64,000 bases of DNA, from NCBI GenBank assembly GCA_951406725.2, contig OX597842.1:9176001-9240000 (forward strand), given 5' to 3'. This document shows positions 1-12,850 of the stretch, piece by piece. The first letter of the stretch is position 1. Every line of letters starts with the position of its first letter. Source of the DNA: Octopus vulgaris. Its lineage: Eukaryota. The translations under genes and the position numbers were made by a program. The notes below the pieces were generated by a model that saw only the letters and a program-made list of their open reading frames with translations, did not search any database and was not told the DNA's origin.

Positions 1-39
1 TGTGTATATATATATATATATAAACATATATGTATATAC

Positions 40-74
<35 letters not shown>

Positions 75-118
75 CACACATATATATATACATATATGTA
101 TATACGTGTGTGTGTGTG

Positions 119-156
<38 letters not shown>

Positions 157-236
157 CATACATACACACACACACATATATATATATATACACATATATG
201 TATATAAATATATACATGTATGTATATGTATGTATA
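1..236. repeat. (TA)n/(TG)n/(CA)n compound microsatellite; similar tracts recur throughout (e.g. 9956-10245, 10960-11385, 12264-12850, 19123-19550, 28810-29062, 32040-32433, 32657-32873, 38280-39270, 55540-56340)
   Basis: Read directly from the sequence; these tracts produce the [10 protein letters not shown] ORFs. Confidence 0.97.
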
Positions 237-408
237 AAACTTTATTAAAATACTCACCCGACCATGGATTTAAATTGCAGTTTAATTGAATTCACAGGTA
301 AACACAGCATTTAAAGAGATATACATATGAATATAAGCATGTGTGTGTGTGTTTGTGTGAGTGGGCGTGTGTGTGCGCATGTGTGAATGTGTATGTGCAT
401 ATATTTAT

Positions 409-487
409 AGGCGCAGGAGTGGCTATGTGGTAAGTGGCTTGCTTACCAACCACATGGTTCCGGGTTCAGTCCCACTGCATGGCACCT
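409..487 (+). mobile_element. Truncated tRNA-derived SINE (family A, head only)
   Basis: GGCGCAGGAGTGGCTATGTGGTAAG (A box) ... GGTTCAGTCCC (B box); same head at 2487, 3570, 5217, 7038, 10246, 34491, 62160. Confidence 0.8.
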
Positions 488-561
488 TACCTACTTCCCT
501 GAATTTGCTGGCCTTGTGTCAAAATTTGAAAACAATATTTAGCTGAAGTAACTACTAAATA

Positions 562-624
<63 letters not shown>

Positions 625-626
<2 letters not shown>

Positions 627-1410
627 TCATCATCATCATCATCGTTTAACGTCCGCTTTCCATGCTAGCATGGGTTGGACGGTTCAACTGGGGTCTGGGA
701 AGCCCGAAGGCTGCACCAGGCCAGTCAGATGTGGCAGTGTTTCTACAGCTGGATGCCCTTCCTAACGCCAACCACTCCGAGAGTGTAGTGGGTGATTTTA
801 TGTGCCACCGACACAGGTGCCAGACGAGGCTGGCAGACGGCCACGCTCGGATGGTGTTTTTTATGTGCCACCGACACAGGTGCCAGACGAGGCTGGCAGA
901 CGGCCACGCTCGGATGGTGTTTGTTACGTGCCCTCAGCACGGAGGCCAGTCATTGCGGTACTGGCTACGGTCACGTTCGGATGGTTTTCTTATGTGCCAC
1001 CGGCACTGGTACCACAAGGATACAAATTCCATTGATGTTCATCTATTTTGATTTGGTTCGATTTGATTCGATACGATTCGATTCTCACTTGCCTCAACAG
1101 GTCTTCACAAGTGTCACAAGAAGGAAGGTATGCACAGGTGGACTGACTACGTCCCAGGTAGGGGCCATGGATTATGGCTTCACTAGTCTTGCCGGGTCTT
1201 CTCACGCACAGCATACTTCCATAGGTCTCGGTCTCTAGTCATTTCCATGGTGAGACCTAACGTCCGAAGGTCGTGCTTCACCACCTCGTCCCAGGTTTTC
1301 CTGGGTCTACCTCTTCCACGGGTTCCCTCAACTGCTAGGGATTGGCACTTTCTCACACACCTATCTTCATCCATTCTCGCCACATGACCATACCAGCGCA
1401 ATCGTCTCTC
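625..1410 (-). mobile_element. 5'-truncated RTE-clade LINE (ORF C-terminus, 3'UTR, (GAT)n tail)
   Basis: [17 protein letters not shown]...RGRGRPRKTW; 3' motif TAGGAAGGGCATCCAGCTGTAGAAAC; (ATG)n tail. Confidence 0.9.
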
Positions 1411-1423
1411 GAGATAGATAGAC

Positions 1424-1473
<50 letters not shown>

Positions 1474-1496
1474 AGATACAGATATAGATATACACA

Positions 1497-2030
1497 TCAT
1501 CATCATCATCATCATCATTTAGCGTCCATTTTCCATGCTAGCATGGGTTGGACGGTTCGACTGGGGTCTGGGAAGCCAGGAGGCTGCGCCAGGCCCAGTC
1601 TGATCTGGCAGTGTTTCTACAGCTGGATGCCCTTCCTAACGCCAACCACTCCATGAGTGTAGTGGGTGCTTTTTACGTGCCACCTGCACAGATGCCAGAC
1701 GAGGCTGGCAAACGGCCACGATCGGATGCTGCTTTATACGTGCCACCGGCATGGAGGCCAGTCGGGGCAGCACTGGCAACGGCCACGTTCGGATGGTTCC
1801 CTTACATGCCATCGGCACTGGTATCACAGCTACAATTTCCATTGATGTTCATCGATTTTCATTTTCATTTTCACTTGCCTCAACAGGTCTACACACAAAT
1901 AGGGTTTGTGTCACAAGAAGGAAAGGTATGCATAAGTGGGCTGGTTACATCCCAGGTAGAGGCCATGGGTTATGATCTCACTTGTCCTGCCGGGTCTTCC
2001 CACGCACAGCATACTTCCAAAGGTCTCAGT
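1497..2030 (-). mobile_element. RTE LINE 3' fragment (second copy)
   Basis: Same 3'UTR motifs and (GAT)n tail as 625-1410. Confidence 0.85.
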
Positions 2031-2487
2031 CCAGTGAATATGGTGGGTGGGATATCATTTCCCATTTAGACTGCTCCAGCCTTTGGAATGTCATCCTCGC
2101 TGTATGTGGCTGAGCATTATCCTGATAGAACACCTTTCGCCTTCAAACCAAAGATGGTTGTTTCTCTGGTGATATGCAGGTGTCAATGAATGGTTGAATG
2201 ACGAAATTCAAGCTTCTCTGCTAGTTCCTCAACAGTCACAATGGGATTTTGTTCCACTGGGGTTTGCAGGACATTCTCGTCAAGTTCTTAAGATACCAAA
2301 TAGGCTCTTTTGTCACTTCCTTTATAGCTTTCAAAAAATAATTTAACATTGAACTGCACTCTTCAAAACTTGAACTAAGAATAAGTACAACATAAAATTA
2401 CTACCTGTTTTTATAGCAAGTTGATGCAGGTAGTTTATCCTGTCCCCCTCTGACTTTTAGCTCATGCAACTGAAAAATACACATTAG
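2031..2487 (-). mobile_element. Decayed mariner transposase fragment
   Basis: Minus-strand translation gives VFYQDNAQPHT and KWEMISHPPYS (mariner QDNAxPH and HPPYSPDL motifs). Confidence 0.7.
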
Positions 2488-3115
2488 GCGTAGGAGTGGC
2501 TGTGTGGTAAGTAGCTTGCTTACGAACCATTTGGTTCGGGGTTCAGTCCCACCTCGTGGCACCTTGGGCAAGTGTCTTCTGCTATTGCCTTGGGCCAACC
2601 AAAGCCTTGTGAGTGGATTTGGTAGACGGAAACTGAAAGAAGCCCGTCGTATATATGTATGTATGTGTGTGTGTCTGTGTCTGTGTTTGTCCCCCCAACA
2701 TCGCTTGACAACCGATGCTGAAGACTTGTATTTGGTAGACGGAAACTGAAAGAAGCCTGTCTTATATATGTACATATGTATGTATGTGTGAGTCTGTGTT
2801 TGTCTCCCCAACATCGCTTGACAACTGATGCTGAAGCCTTGTGAGTGGATTTGGTAGACGGAAACTGAAAGAAGCCCATCTTATATATGTATATATGTAT
2901 GTATGTGTGTGTCTGTGTTTGCCCCCCCAACATCGCTTGACAACTGATGCTGGTGTGTTTATGTCCTCGTAACTTAGCGGTTCGGCAAAAGAGACTGATA
3001 GAATAAGTACTAGGCTTACAAAGAATAAGTCCTGGGGTCAATTTGCTTGACTAAAGGCGGTGCTCCAGCATGGCTACAGTCACATGACTGAAACAAGTAA
3101 AAGAGAGAAAAGAGA
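2487..3115 (+). mobile_element. Family A SINE with internal segment present three times
   Basis: tRNA head; TTTGGTAGACGGAAACTGAAAGAAGCC...CATCGCTTGACAAC block x3; tail GGCGGTGCTCCAGCATGGC...TGAAACAAGTAAAAGAG. Confidence 0.85.
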
Positions 3116-3119
3116 GTAT

Positions 3120-3570
3120 CTATGGGATAACCCAGTATAAGAACAACATTGTGATGGGGTGTAGGCTGCCTTTGTTCTTGACAGCAGGACTGTCCCAAAT
3201 ATTTAAGCAATATTGTAATGCGGTCATGGATGTCTTTATGCTTAACAGCAACACCATCCCCAGCTAAGAGCATTGTAATGTGACCTAGAATACCTGCGTT
3301 CTAACTGTAGCACTGTCCCAGATATATGAGCAACGTTGTGGTATGGTTGTGGATGTGTGTGTAACAGCCAAGAGAGCAATATTGTAATGTGGTGTAGGCT
3401 GTGTGTGTATTTGCAGCAACAGAACTGTCCCAGATATACGAGCAGCATTGTGGTATGATCAAGGATGCCTGCATGTTTGTAATAGCAGCATTGTATAAGA
3501 AATGTGGGACAGTAATGTTGCCTATGATGTCTGTATGTGTAACAACAGCATTGTCCTAGATATATGAACA
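3120..3570. repeat. Degenerate ~60-bp tandem repeat
   Basis: Recurring CAGCAGGACTGTCCCAGATATATGAGCAACATTGT-like units; a further unit near 4268. Confidence 0.55.
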
Positions 3571-4228
3571 GCAGGAGTGGCTGTGTGATAAGTAGCTTGT
3601 TTCCCAACCACATGGTTCCAGGTTCAGTCCCACTGGGTGGCACCTTGGGCAAGTGTCTTCTACTACTGCCTCAGACCAACCAAAGCCTTGTGAGTGGATC
3701 TGGTAGATGGAAACTGAAAGAAGCCCATTATATATGTGTGTGTGTGTATACATGAAAAACATTCGAGCAAGGTCATTGCCAGTGCCGCTGGACTGGCTCC
3801 TGTGCAGGTGGCACATAAAAAACACCATTTGAGCATAGCCGTTGCCACTAACACTTGACTAGCCCTCGTGCCGGTGGCACATAAAAGCATCCACTACACT
3901 CTCAGAGTGGTTGGCATTAGGAAGGGCAGATCAGATTGGAGCCTGGTGCAGCCATCTGGTTTGCTAGTCCTCAGTCAAATCGTCCAACCTATGCCAACAC
4001 GGAAAGTGGACATTAAACGATGATGATGATAATGTATATATTTGTGTGTGTTTGTCCCCTCGCCATCGCTTGACAACCTATGCTGGTGTGTTTATGTCTA
4101 CATATCTTAGCAGTTCAACAAAAGGGACTGAGAGAATAAGTACTAAGCTTACAAAGAATAAGTTTTGGGGTTGAATTATTCAACTAAAGGTGGTGCTCCA
4201 GCATGGCCACAGTCAAATGACTGAAAAG
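3570..4228 (+). mobile_element. Family A SINE with a nested RTE 3'-tail (about 3755-4030) in its internal microsatellite
   Basis: SINE head and tail separated by TAGGAAGGGCA...GGACATTAAACGATGATGAT. Confidence 0.75.
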
Positions 4229-4443
4229 TATTGTAACATAGTTTAGGATATTTGTGTGTGTATGCCACAGCAGGACTGTCCCATATATGAAGGCAATATT
4301 GTAGGGTGGCAAGCTGGCAGAGTCTTTAGCATGTTGGGCAAAATGCCTAGTGACATTTATCTTTACACTCTGAGTTCAAATGCTATACATATACATATAT
4401 ATACATATGTAAAAATATTTGTATATATATTTATGTATATATT

Positions 4444-4477
<34 letters not shown>

Positions 4478-5377
4478 CACACACACATATATATATATAT
4501 AAAATTCTTTTAACGTCATATATATATATAATATATACATACATATATACATACATATACATACAAATGTATATGTCTATATATATCTTTATACATACAA
4601 ATATATGCATGTGTGTGTATTTATATATAATCTTGCAAAATGAATTGATAAAGGTATATATATATACACACACACATATGTAGATATAGATAGGTAGATA
4701 CATAAATCATTGACATACATATATATACATACATATACACACATATATACATACATACATACATACATACATACATAAATGCATACATACATACACACAC
4801 ATACATACATACATATATAAACTCCTTGCTGTTCTCCTCATCACAGCAAAATGGTGTCTGTTTTCTGTGGTATGAAAAGAAAATGAATAATGCTGCCTTT
4901 GTCTGGGGGCGAACCCAGACCCCCTGTCGTTAAAATTTTTACTGTATCTGACTGGCTGAATAGTTCCTTAGAATAAATGTAATTAGAAGATTAATAAAGG
5001 TTGGTTATGTGCATGGAGTAGTGGAGTGTGGGTGTAGCGTGTGTGGTGGTAGTGGTGGTGGTGGTGATGGTGGTGGTGGTGGTGGTGGTGGTGGTGGTGG
5101 TGGTGGTGGTGGAGGTGGTGGTGGAGGTAATTATTAGATGTGTTGTGCTTTAGAAGACTCGTTAAGCCAGGTAAAATCATAGACATAGCTGTTGCAGGTG
5201 TTGTGTGAATGGCACCTGAAATGGCTGTGTGGTAAGTAGCTTGCTTACCAGCCACATGGTTCCGGGTTCAGTCCCACTGCGTGGTACCTTGGACAAGTGT
5301 CTTCTACTATAGCCTCGGGCTGACCAAAGCCTTGTGAGTGGATTTGGTAGACGGAAACTAAAAGAAGCCCATCATAT

Positions 5378-6581
5378 ACCTGGACTTTGCTAAGGCTTTT
5401 AACTCTGTGCCACACAAAAGACTTATGGTGAAGCTTTCTGCATTGGGCGTAAGAGACGAACTCTATAACTGGTTGAAGTCCTTTATTTTCGGACGAAAAG
5501 AGGTTGTCACAGTTCTAGGACAGCACTCTTCGCCCTATGAGATGACATCTGGTGTACCACAGGGATCTGTTCTTGGCCCCCTTTTATTTGTTGCATATGT
5601 TAATGACATAGATGCCAACTTAAAGAATGCCCCAGTGCTGAAATATGCAGATGACATCAAGCTGTACCTCGAAATAAAGAGGTCAGATCCTGTACACTAT
5701 AGATCTCTATTGCAAGCAGACCTGGACACAATGCAGCAGTGGATCATGGACAGGCAACTCAAGCTGGCTGGGGACAAATGTACCACCATGCATTTTGGGA
5801 GGAGAAACCCAGCGTCCACCTACTCCCTCCACAACACTAGTCTCAACAAGTCTTCATGTGAACGTGACCTGGGTGTTATTGTCGACAGTGATTTGCGTTG
5901 GACAAAACACATCGCTAAAATTGTCAAGAAGGTTGAGGGTGTCTTGGCATCACTCACCAAACCCTTTGTGAGCCGCTGTCCGACTATCTATCTGCGGCTT
6001 TATATAGCTATGGTAAGACCTCACCTGGAATTTGCATCACCGGTCTGGAACCCCTATCTTGCCCAGGATATCAATCGTCTGGAAGCCGTTCAGCGACGTG
6101 CAACCAAAAGAATACCCTCCATCAGGCATTTGCCATATCCTGAACGCCTTACTTCCCTGGGTATGGACAGATTGAAACTCCGACGTCTGGCAGCTGACTT
6201 GGCAGACACCCATAAAATTATCAACCATCGTACAAACAATAACTCTGAGCACCTCTTCAAACTCCACCCATCTAACACCCGTGGACATATTTACAAAGTA
6301 AGAAAACAGCACAGCTCCCATGACTTCAGGAAACATTTTTTCACGCTGAGAGTTGCTGAAGCGTGGAACAAACTGCCGGCATCGGTTGTTAGTTGTCGGA
6401 GCACTGCATCCTTCAAAACTTCCATGCTTCCTGAGATTCGCCAACACCACACTTGATTTTCTCCCCTCCATACACACGCAAGCATGTATCTGACTCATAC
6501 ACTGTTCGCTTCCCAGACATTTGTACATTATTGCATATACTCTGACAAGTTGTGGTGCACCTGAGCACTGTATAAATAATT

Positions 6582-6613
<32 letters not shown>
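5378..6613 (+). mobile_element. 5'-truncated CR1-clade LINE (RT C-terminal half, ORF 5407-6456, (ATT)n tail), fused to a SINE head at 5217-5377
   Basis: [57 protein letters not shown]. Confidence 0.92.
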
Positions 6614-6622
<9 letters not shown>

Positions 6623-6722
6623 TGTATATATATATATATATGTGTGTGTGTATGTGTGTGCATATGTTTGTGTATCTGTGTTTGTCCTCCCAACATCGCT
6701 TGGCAACCAATGGTGGTGGTTG

Positions 6723-6753
<31 letters not shown>

Positions 6754-7738
6754 GGTGGTGGTGGTGGTGGTGGTGGTGTTGGTATGGTGGGTAGGCTGGC
6801 GTGGCTGCGTTATAGGAAGTTTGCTTCCCAGCCACATGGTTCCTGGTTCAGGACACCTACATTGCTAGAAATAAGAGCTAAAATGCTCTAATGTGGTAGG
6901 AAAAGCACATAATTGTATACATAATTGCAGTCTCTATGAGCATATATATATATCGAATTATGTGTTTTTCCTACTGCCTTAGAGCATTTTAGCTCTTATT
7001 TCTATGAATATAGGGGCCCTGAGATCCTTAGTCATGCAGGCGTAGCTGTGTGGTCAGAAGCTTGCTTCCCAACCAGAAGGTCCCGGGTTCAGCCCCAATG
7101 CATGGCACCTTGGACAAGTGTCTTCTACTATAGCCTATGGCTAACCAAAGCCTTGTGAGTGGATTTGGTAGATGGAAACTGAAAGAAGCCTGTCGTATAT
7201 GTGTGTGTGTGTCTCTCTGTCACCTACCACTGCTTGACAACCCGATTATATAAGGGTGGGTGGCTTTATTTTAGGCGTTAAGGGGTTAAAATATGATAGC
7301 AGGGACAGGAAGAGGTGTCTTGCTGGAGAGGAGATACATGGCTACCTCACGTTGTATAGGGGTAGGTGGCTTTATGTTAGGTGTTGAGGGGTGTAAGTAT
7401 GATAGAAGGGACAGGAAGAGGTTTCTTGCTGGAGAGGAGATACTTGGCTACTTAACATTATATAAGGGTGAGAGGCTTTATGTAAGGTGTTTAGGGGTTA
7501 AAATATGATAGAAGGGACTGACAACCTCACATTATATAAGTTGTGGTGCACCTGAGCACTGTATAAATAATTTCATTATTATTATTATTATTATTATTAT
7601 GGCTATCAGTTGGATATATATAAGATATATATATATATATATATATACAGTGTGTGTGTTCTCATGTGTGTGCATATGTTTGTGTATCTGTGTTTGTCCT
7701 CCCAACATCGTTCTTGGCAACCAATGGTGGTGGTTGTG

Positions 7739-7770
<32 letters not shown>

Positions 7771-8519
7771 GGTGGTGGTGTTGGTATGGTGGGTAGGCTG
7801 GCGTGGCTGCGTTATAGGAAGTTTGCTTCCCAGCCACATGGTTCCTGGTTCAGGACACCTACATTGCTAGAAATAAGAGCTAAAATGCTCTAATGTGGTA
7901 GGAAAAGCACATAATTGTATACATAATTGCAGTCTCTATGAGCATATATATATATCGAATTATGTGTTTTTCCTACTGCCTTAGAGCATTTTAGCTCTTA
8001 TTTCTATGAATATAGGGGCCCTGAGATCCTTAGTCATGCAGGCGTAGCTGTGTGGTCAGAAGCTTGCTTCCCAACCAGAAGGTCCCGGGTTCAGCCCCAA
8101 TGCATGGCACCTTGGACAAGTGTCTTCTACTATAGCCTATGGCTAACCAAAGCCTTGTGAGTGGATTTGGTAGATGGAAACTGAAAGAAGCCTGTCGTAT
8201 ATGTGTGTGTGTGTCTCTCTGTCACCTACCACTGCTTGACAACCCGATTATATAAGGGTGGGTGGCTTTATTTTAGGCGTTAAGGGGTTAAAATATGATA
8301 GCAGGGACAGGAAGAGGTGTCTTGCTGGAGAGGAGATACATGGCTACCTCACGTTGTATAGGGGTAGGTGGCTTTATGTTAGGTGTTGAGGGGTGTAAGT
8401 ATGATAGAAGGGACAGGAAGAGGTTTCTTGCTGGAGAGGAGATACTTGGCTACTTAACATTATATAAGGGTGAGAGGCTTTATGTAAGGTGTTTAGGGGT
8501 TAAAATATGATAGAAGGGA
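6547..8519. repeat. Recent ~1.0-kb tandem duplication (about 6547-7517 and 7538-8519) carrying a CR1 tail, a small foldback, a SINE and 106-bp units
   Basis: Near-identical sequence at offset 1002 (ORFs 7293-7508 and 8295-8510 are identical). Confidence 0.9.
6865..7004. repeat. ~140-bp inverted-repeat element (MITE-like); copy at 7867-8006
   Basis: TAGAAATAAGAGCTAAAATGCTCTAA ... TTAGAGCATTTTAGCTCTTATTTCTA. Confidence 0.7.
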
Positions 8520-8670
8520 CAGGAAGAGGTGTCTTGCTGGAGAGGAGATACATGGTTACCTCACATTATATAAGGGTGGGTGGCTTTGTGTTAGGTGTTG
8601 AGGGGTTAAAGTATGATAGAAGGGACAGGAAGAGGTTTCTTGGTGGAGAGGAGACACATGGCTACCTCAG
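8248..8670. repeat. ~106-bp minisatellite, about 4 units (also 7246-7535)
   Basis: Unit ATTATATAAGGGTGGGTGGCTTTATGTTAGG...GATAGAAGGGACAGGAAGAGG...CATGGCTACCTCAC. Confidence 0.8.
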
Positions 8671-8892
8671 TTGGAAAAGGAGATAAGATGGTGGTGTATG
8701 AATATATATATACAGCATGCTTCAGCACAGTTCTCATCCACAAAATTCCCTCACAAGAAATTGGTTGGCCTGGCAATAAACCAGAAGACATTAGTTCAAA
8801 GTACTCTGCAGCAAGATTTCTTATCTACAAGCTAACTTCTTATCTACACAAACAGACAAGTACCTTGCAAAACATACACACAAATATGTACC

Positions 8893-8929
<37 letters not shown>

Positions 8930-8992
8930 GTGTGTGTGTGTGCATGTATATATATATATGTATGTGTAGGTATGTGTGTAAATGTATGTATA

Positions 8993-9054
<62 letters not shown>

Positions 9055-9055
<1 letters not shown>

Positions 9056-9640
9056 ATAAAACGGTAAGATAACAAAAGAAAGAAAGAGACCTCAATATTA
9101 TGTAAATAGAGGAAATTTATCTATACAATATTTTACATTATTCGGTAGTCAAGATAAAACTCTGAGTTTCAGATGCCGAAGTGGAAATCCACAACACCAT
9201 CTCTTCGGTTATCTGGCTATTTGAAAACGCTATGAAAAAATACCGTTAAATAAAGGGAAATTACTGTGTTATAACTCTGCTTGCCTGCGTACTTATACAT
9301 CGCTCGCATTTTTCGTCATAAAAATTATATAAAAATACATAAAAAATATATAAAAATATATAAAATCTTCTTGGGACACAACATAGAAAGCATGTTCTAT
9401 CTGTTTTCTTTAGGGGACCAAAAGCGTAACAGAAATTTAGTCACATGTGGGCATGTATTTAGACATGTAGCAGGGTCTAAGCTGCTTTTCCAGATAAGGC
9501 ATCTCTCCATGTCGCATAGACCGCACCTTCCGCTGCCGTTGGTATAGGGCTTACATCTGGCCAAAATCTTCCATTGTATGTTATAATCGACACCTTTATC
9601 TCTTAAAGACCAAATATGATTAGACAATTGTGTCGCTTTT
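9055..9640 (-). mobile_element. Penelope-like element 3' fragment (endonuclease C-terminus plus pseudo-LTR)
   Basis: SNHIWSLRDKGVDYNIQWKILARCKPY...RCGLCDMER resembles PLE GIY-YIG C-termini; hammerhead motif downstream. Confidence 0.75.
9152..9214 (-). ncRNA. Minimal type-I hammerhead ribozyme (variant core)
   Basis: AGATAA-CCGAAGA-gatg...catc-t-GAA-ACTCaGAGT-T-TTATCT; stems I, II and III all pair. Confidence 0.65.
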
Positions 9641-9649
9641 CTTTTGTTC

Positions 9650-9955
9650 CAGTGCCCTCATCTGCACCTCCTGCCGTGAAGTTGGTTCATCTGGGACACC
9701 CGACAGGAAGAGATCCAGTTTCATTTTGAAGACATCTGCATCCACCCCATGCAGGTCTCTCAGGTTCTTCGGGAGGATATTGAAGAGCTGTGGGCCTCGG
9801 AAGCCTAGGCTATCACAGTATCTTGTCCTACATCTTGATGGCAAATTTGGAGTCCTAGGCACCACGCAGTGGCGCACAGTTCTGGCATTTGTGTAACTCT
9901 CGATGCCAAAGTTTGAGACACGTCCCTCCAGGATCTTCCAGATCTATATTATGGC
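9650..9955 (-). mobile_element. CR1-group LINE 3' fragment
   Basis: IWKILEG...[18 protein letters not shown]; matches 29150-29520. Confidence 0.85.
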
Positions 9956-9961
9956 ATATAC

Positions 9962-10012
<51 letters not shown>

Positions 10013-10024
10013 CATATATATATA

Positions 10025-10173
<149 letters not shown>

Positions 10174-10177
10174 ATAC

Positions 10178-10209
<32 letters not shown>

Positions 10210-10245
10210 ATTTATATTTATATATATACATATATATATATATAT

Positions 10246-10401
10246 GGAGTGGCTGTGTGGTAAGTAGCTTGCTAACCAACCACATGGTTCTGGGTTCAAT
10301 CCCACTGCGTGGCATCTTGGGCAAATGTCTTCTGCTATAGCCCCGGGCCGACCAATGCCTTGTGAGTGGATTTGGTAGACGGAAACTGAAAGAAGCCTGT
10401 C

Positions 10402-10469
<68 letters not shown>

Positions 10470-10684
10470 GTTTGTGTGTCTATGTCCTCCTAGCATTGCT
10501 TGACAACCGATGCTGGTGTGTGTTTACGTCCCCGTCACTTAGCGGTTCGGCAAAAAGAGACCGATAGAATAAGTACTGGGCTTACAAAGAATAAGTCCCG
10601 GGGTCGATTTGCTCGACTAAAGGCGCTGCTCCAGCATGGCCGCAGTCAAATGACTGAAACAAGTAAAAGAGAAAAGAGAATAAA

Positions 10685-10686
<2 letters not shown>
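10246..10686 (+). mobile_element. Full-length family A SINE; other copies at 54350-54725 (-), 57560-57877 (-), 57900-58110 (+), 62160-62540 (+)
   Basis: tRNA head, internal (TA/TG)n, conserved tail ending TGAAACAAGTAAAAGAG. Confidence 0.9.
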
Positions 10687-10732
<46 letters not shown>

Positions 10733-10744
10733 TTGTTTTTGTTT

Positions 10745-10958
10745 TTTGTTTTTCCAGTTTCAGCTCTTGAGCTGTGGCCATGCTGGGGCACCGCCATTGT
10801 GGTGAAAGAGTACAGCAGGGATCACCACCCCCTGCCAGAGCCTCGTAGAGCTCTTAGGTGTTTTCGCTCAATAAACACACAACGCCCAGTCTGAGAATCG
10901 AAACCTCGATCCTGCGACCGCGAGTCCGCTGCCCTAACCACTAGGCCATTGCGCCTCT
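10745..10958 (-). mobile_element. tRNA-derived SINE family B with a CR1-group LINE tail
   Basis: Head GGCGCAATGGCCTAGTGGTTAGGGCAGCGGAC...GGTTTCGATTC; tail AATGGCGGTGCCCCAGCATGGCCACAGCTC matches the LINE end at 57164-57193. Confidence 0.8.
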
Positions 10959-11158
10959 ACGTATTTATATTTATATATATACATATATATATATATATTC
11001 ATATATATATATATATATATTATATATATACATATATATATTTATATTTATATATATACATATATATATATATTTATATATATATATTCAAATATATACG
11101 TATATATATTTATATTTATATATATACATATATTTATATATATTTATATATATATATT

Positions 11159-11383
<225 letters not shown>

Positions 11384-11404
11384 CTTAGAGTGTAGTACCT
11401 TGAG

Positions 11405-12263
11405 AGAAAAGCTGGACCTAAGAAGCATCAGTTGTGGTGTGCAAGAGAGACGTTTGCGCTGGTATGGTCATGTGGCGAGAATGGATGAAGATAGTTGTGT
11501 GAAAAAAGTGCCACACCCTAGCGGTTGAGGGAACCTGTGGAAGAGGCAGACCCAGGAAAACCTGGGACGAGGTGGTGAAGCACGACCTTCGAACTTTAGG
11601 TCTCACCGAGGAAATGACTGTGCTGTGCGCGAGAAGACCCGGCAGGACAAGTGAGTCCACAACCCGTGGCCTTCTACATGGGATGGAGCCAGCCTACGTA
11701 TGCATACCTTCCCTTCTTGGGACACAAAACTCTACTTGTGAAGACGTGTTGAGGCAAGTGAGGATCAGAATCGAAATCGATCAATGGAAATTGCGGATGT
11801 GCTACCAGTGCCGGTGGCATGTCGAAACTCTGCTTGTGAAGACCCATTGAGGCAAGTGAGGATCAGAATCGAAATCGATCAATGGAAATCGATCAATGGA
11901 AATTGCAGATGTGTTACCAGTGCCGGTGGCATGTAAGAGAACCTTCCGTTTCGCGACCGTTGCCAGCACCGCCCCGTTTCGTGTTCGTTGCCAGCCTCGC
12001 CTGGCCCTCGTCCGGTGGCACATAAAAAACACCATCCGTTCGTGGCCGTTTGCCAGCTCTGGCTGGCACCAGTGCGGGTGGCACGTAAAAGCACCCACTA
12101 CACTCACGGAGTGGTTGGCGTTAGGAAGGGCATCCAGCCGTAGAAACACTGCCAGATTTGACTGGGCCTGATGAGCCTTCTGGCTTCACAGACCCCAGCA
12201 GAACATCCAACCCATGCTAGCATGGAAAACGGACGCTAAATGATGATGATGATGATGATGATG
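11405..12263 (+). mobile_element. 5'-truncated RTE LINE
   Basis: [12 protein letters not shown]...HDLRTLGL, RTE 3'UTR, (GAT)n tail. Confidence 0.88.
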
Positions 12264-12315
12264 ATATTTATTTATATATATTTATATTTATATAGATATA
12301 TATATATTTATATAG

Positions 12316-12612
<297 letters not shown>

Positions 12613-12685
12613 TATATATATATTTATATATATATTTATATATATATATTTATTTATATATATATATATATTATATATATATATA

Positions 12686-12779
<94 letters not shown>

Positions 12780-12781
12780 TT

Positions 12782-12839
<58 letters not shown>

Positions 12840-12850
12840 ATATTTATATA

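Noticed and set aside
2-289. [12 protein letters not shown] and poly-H ORFs throughout the window
   Set aside because: Translations of microsatellites
250-4875. Isolated micro-exon candidates (about 258-300 and 4847-4869; also about 15640-15692 and 24318-24376)
   Set aside because: Splice-like motifs only; they cannot be chained into a coherent protein
10870-10958. Functional tRNA genes (also 63775-63835 and the family A heads)
   Set aside because: Imperfect cloverleafs joined to SINE bodies
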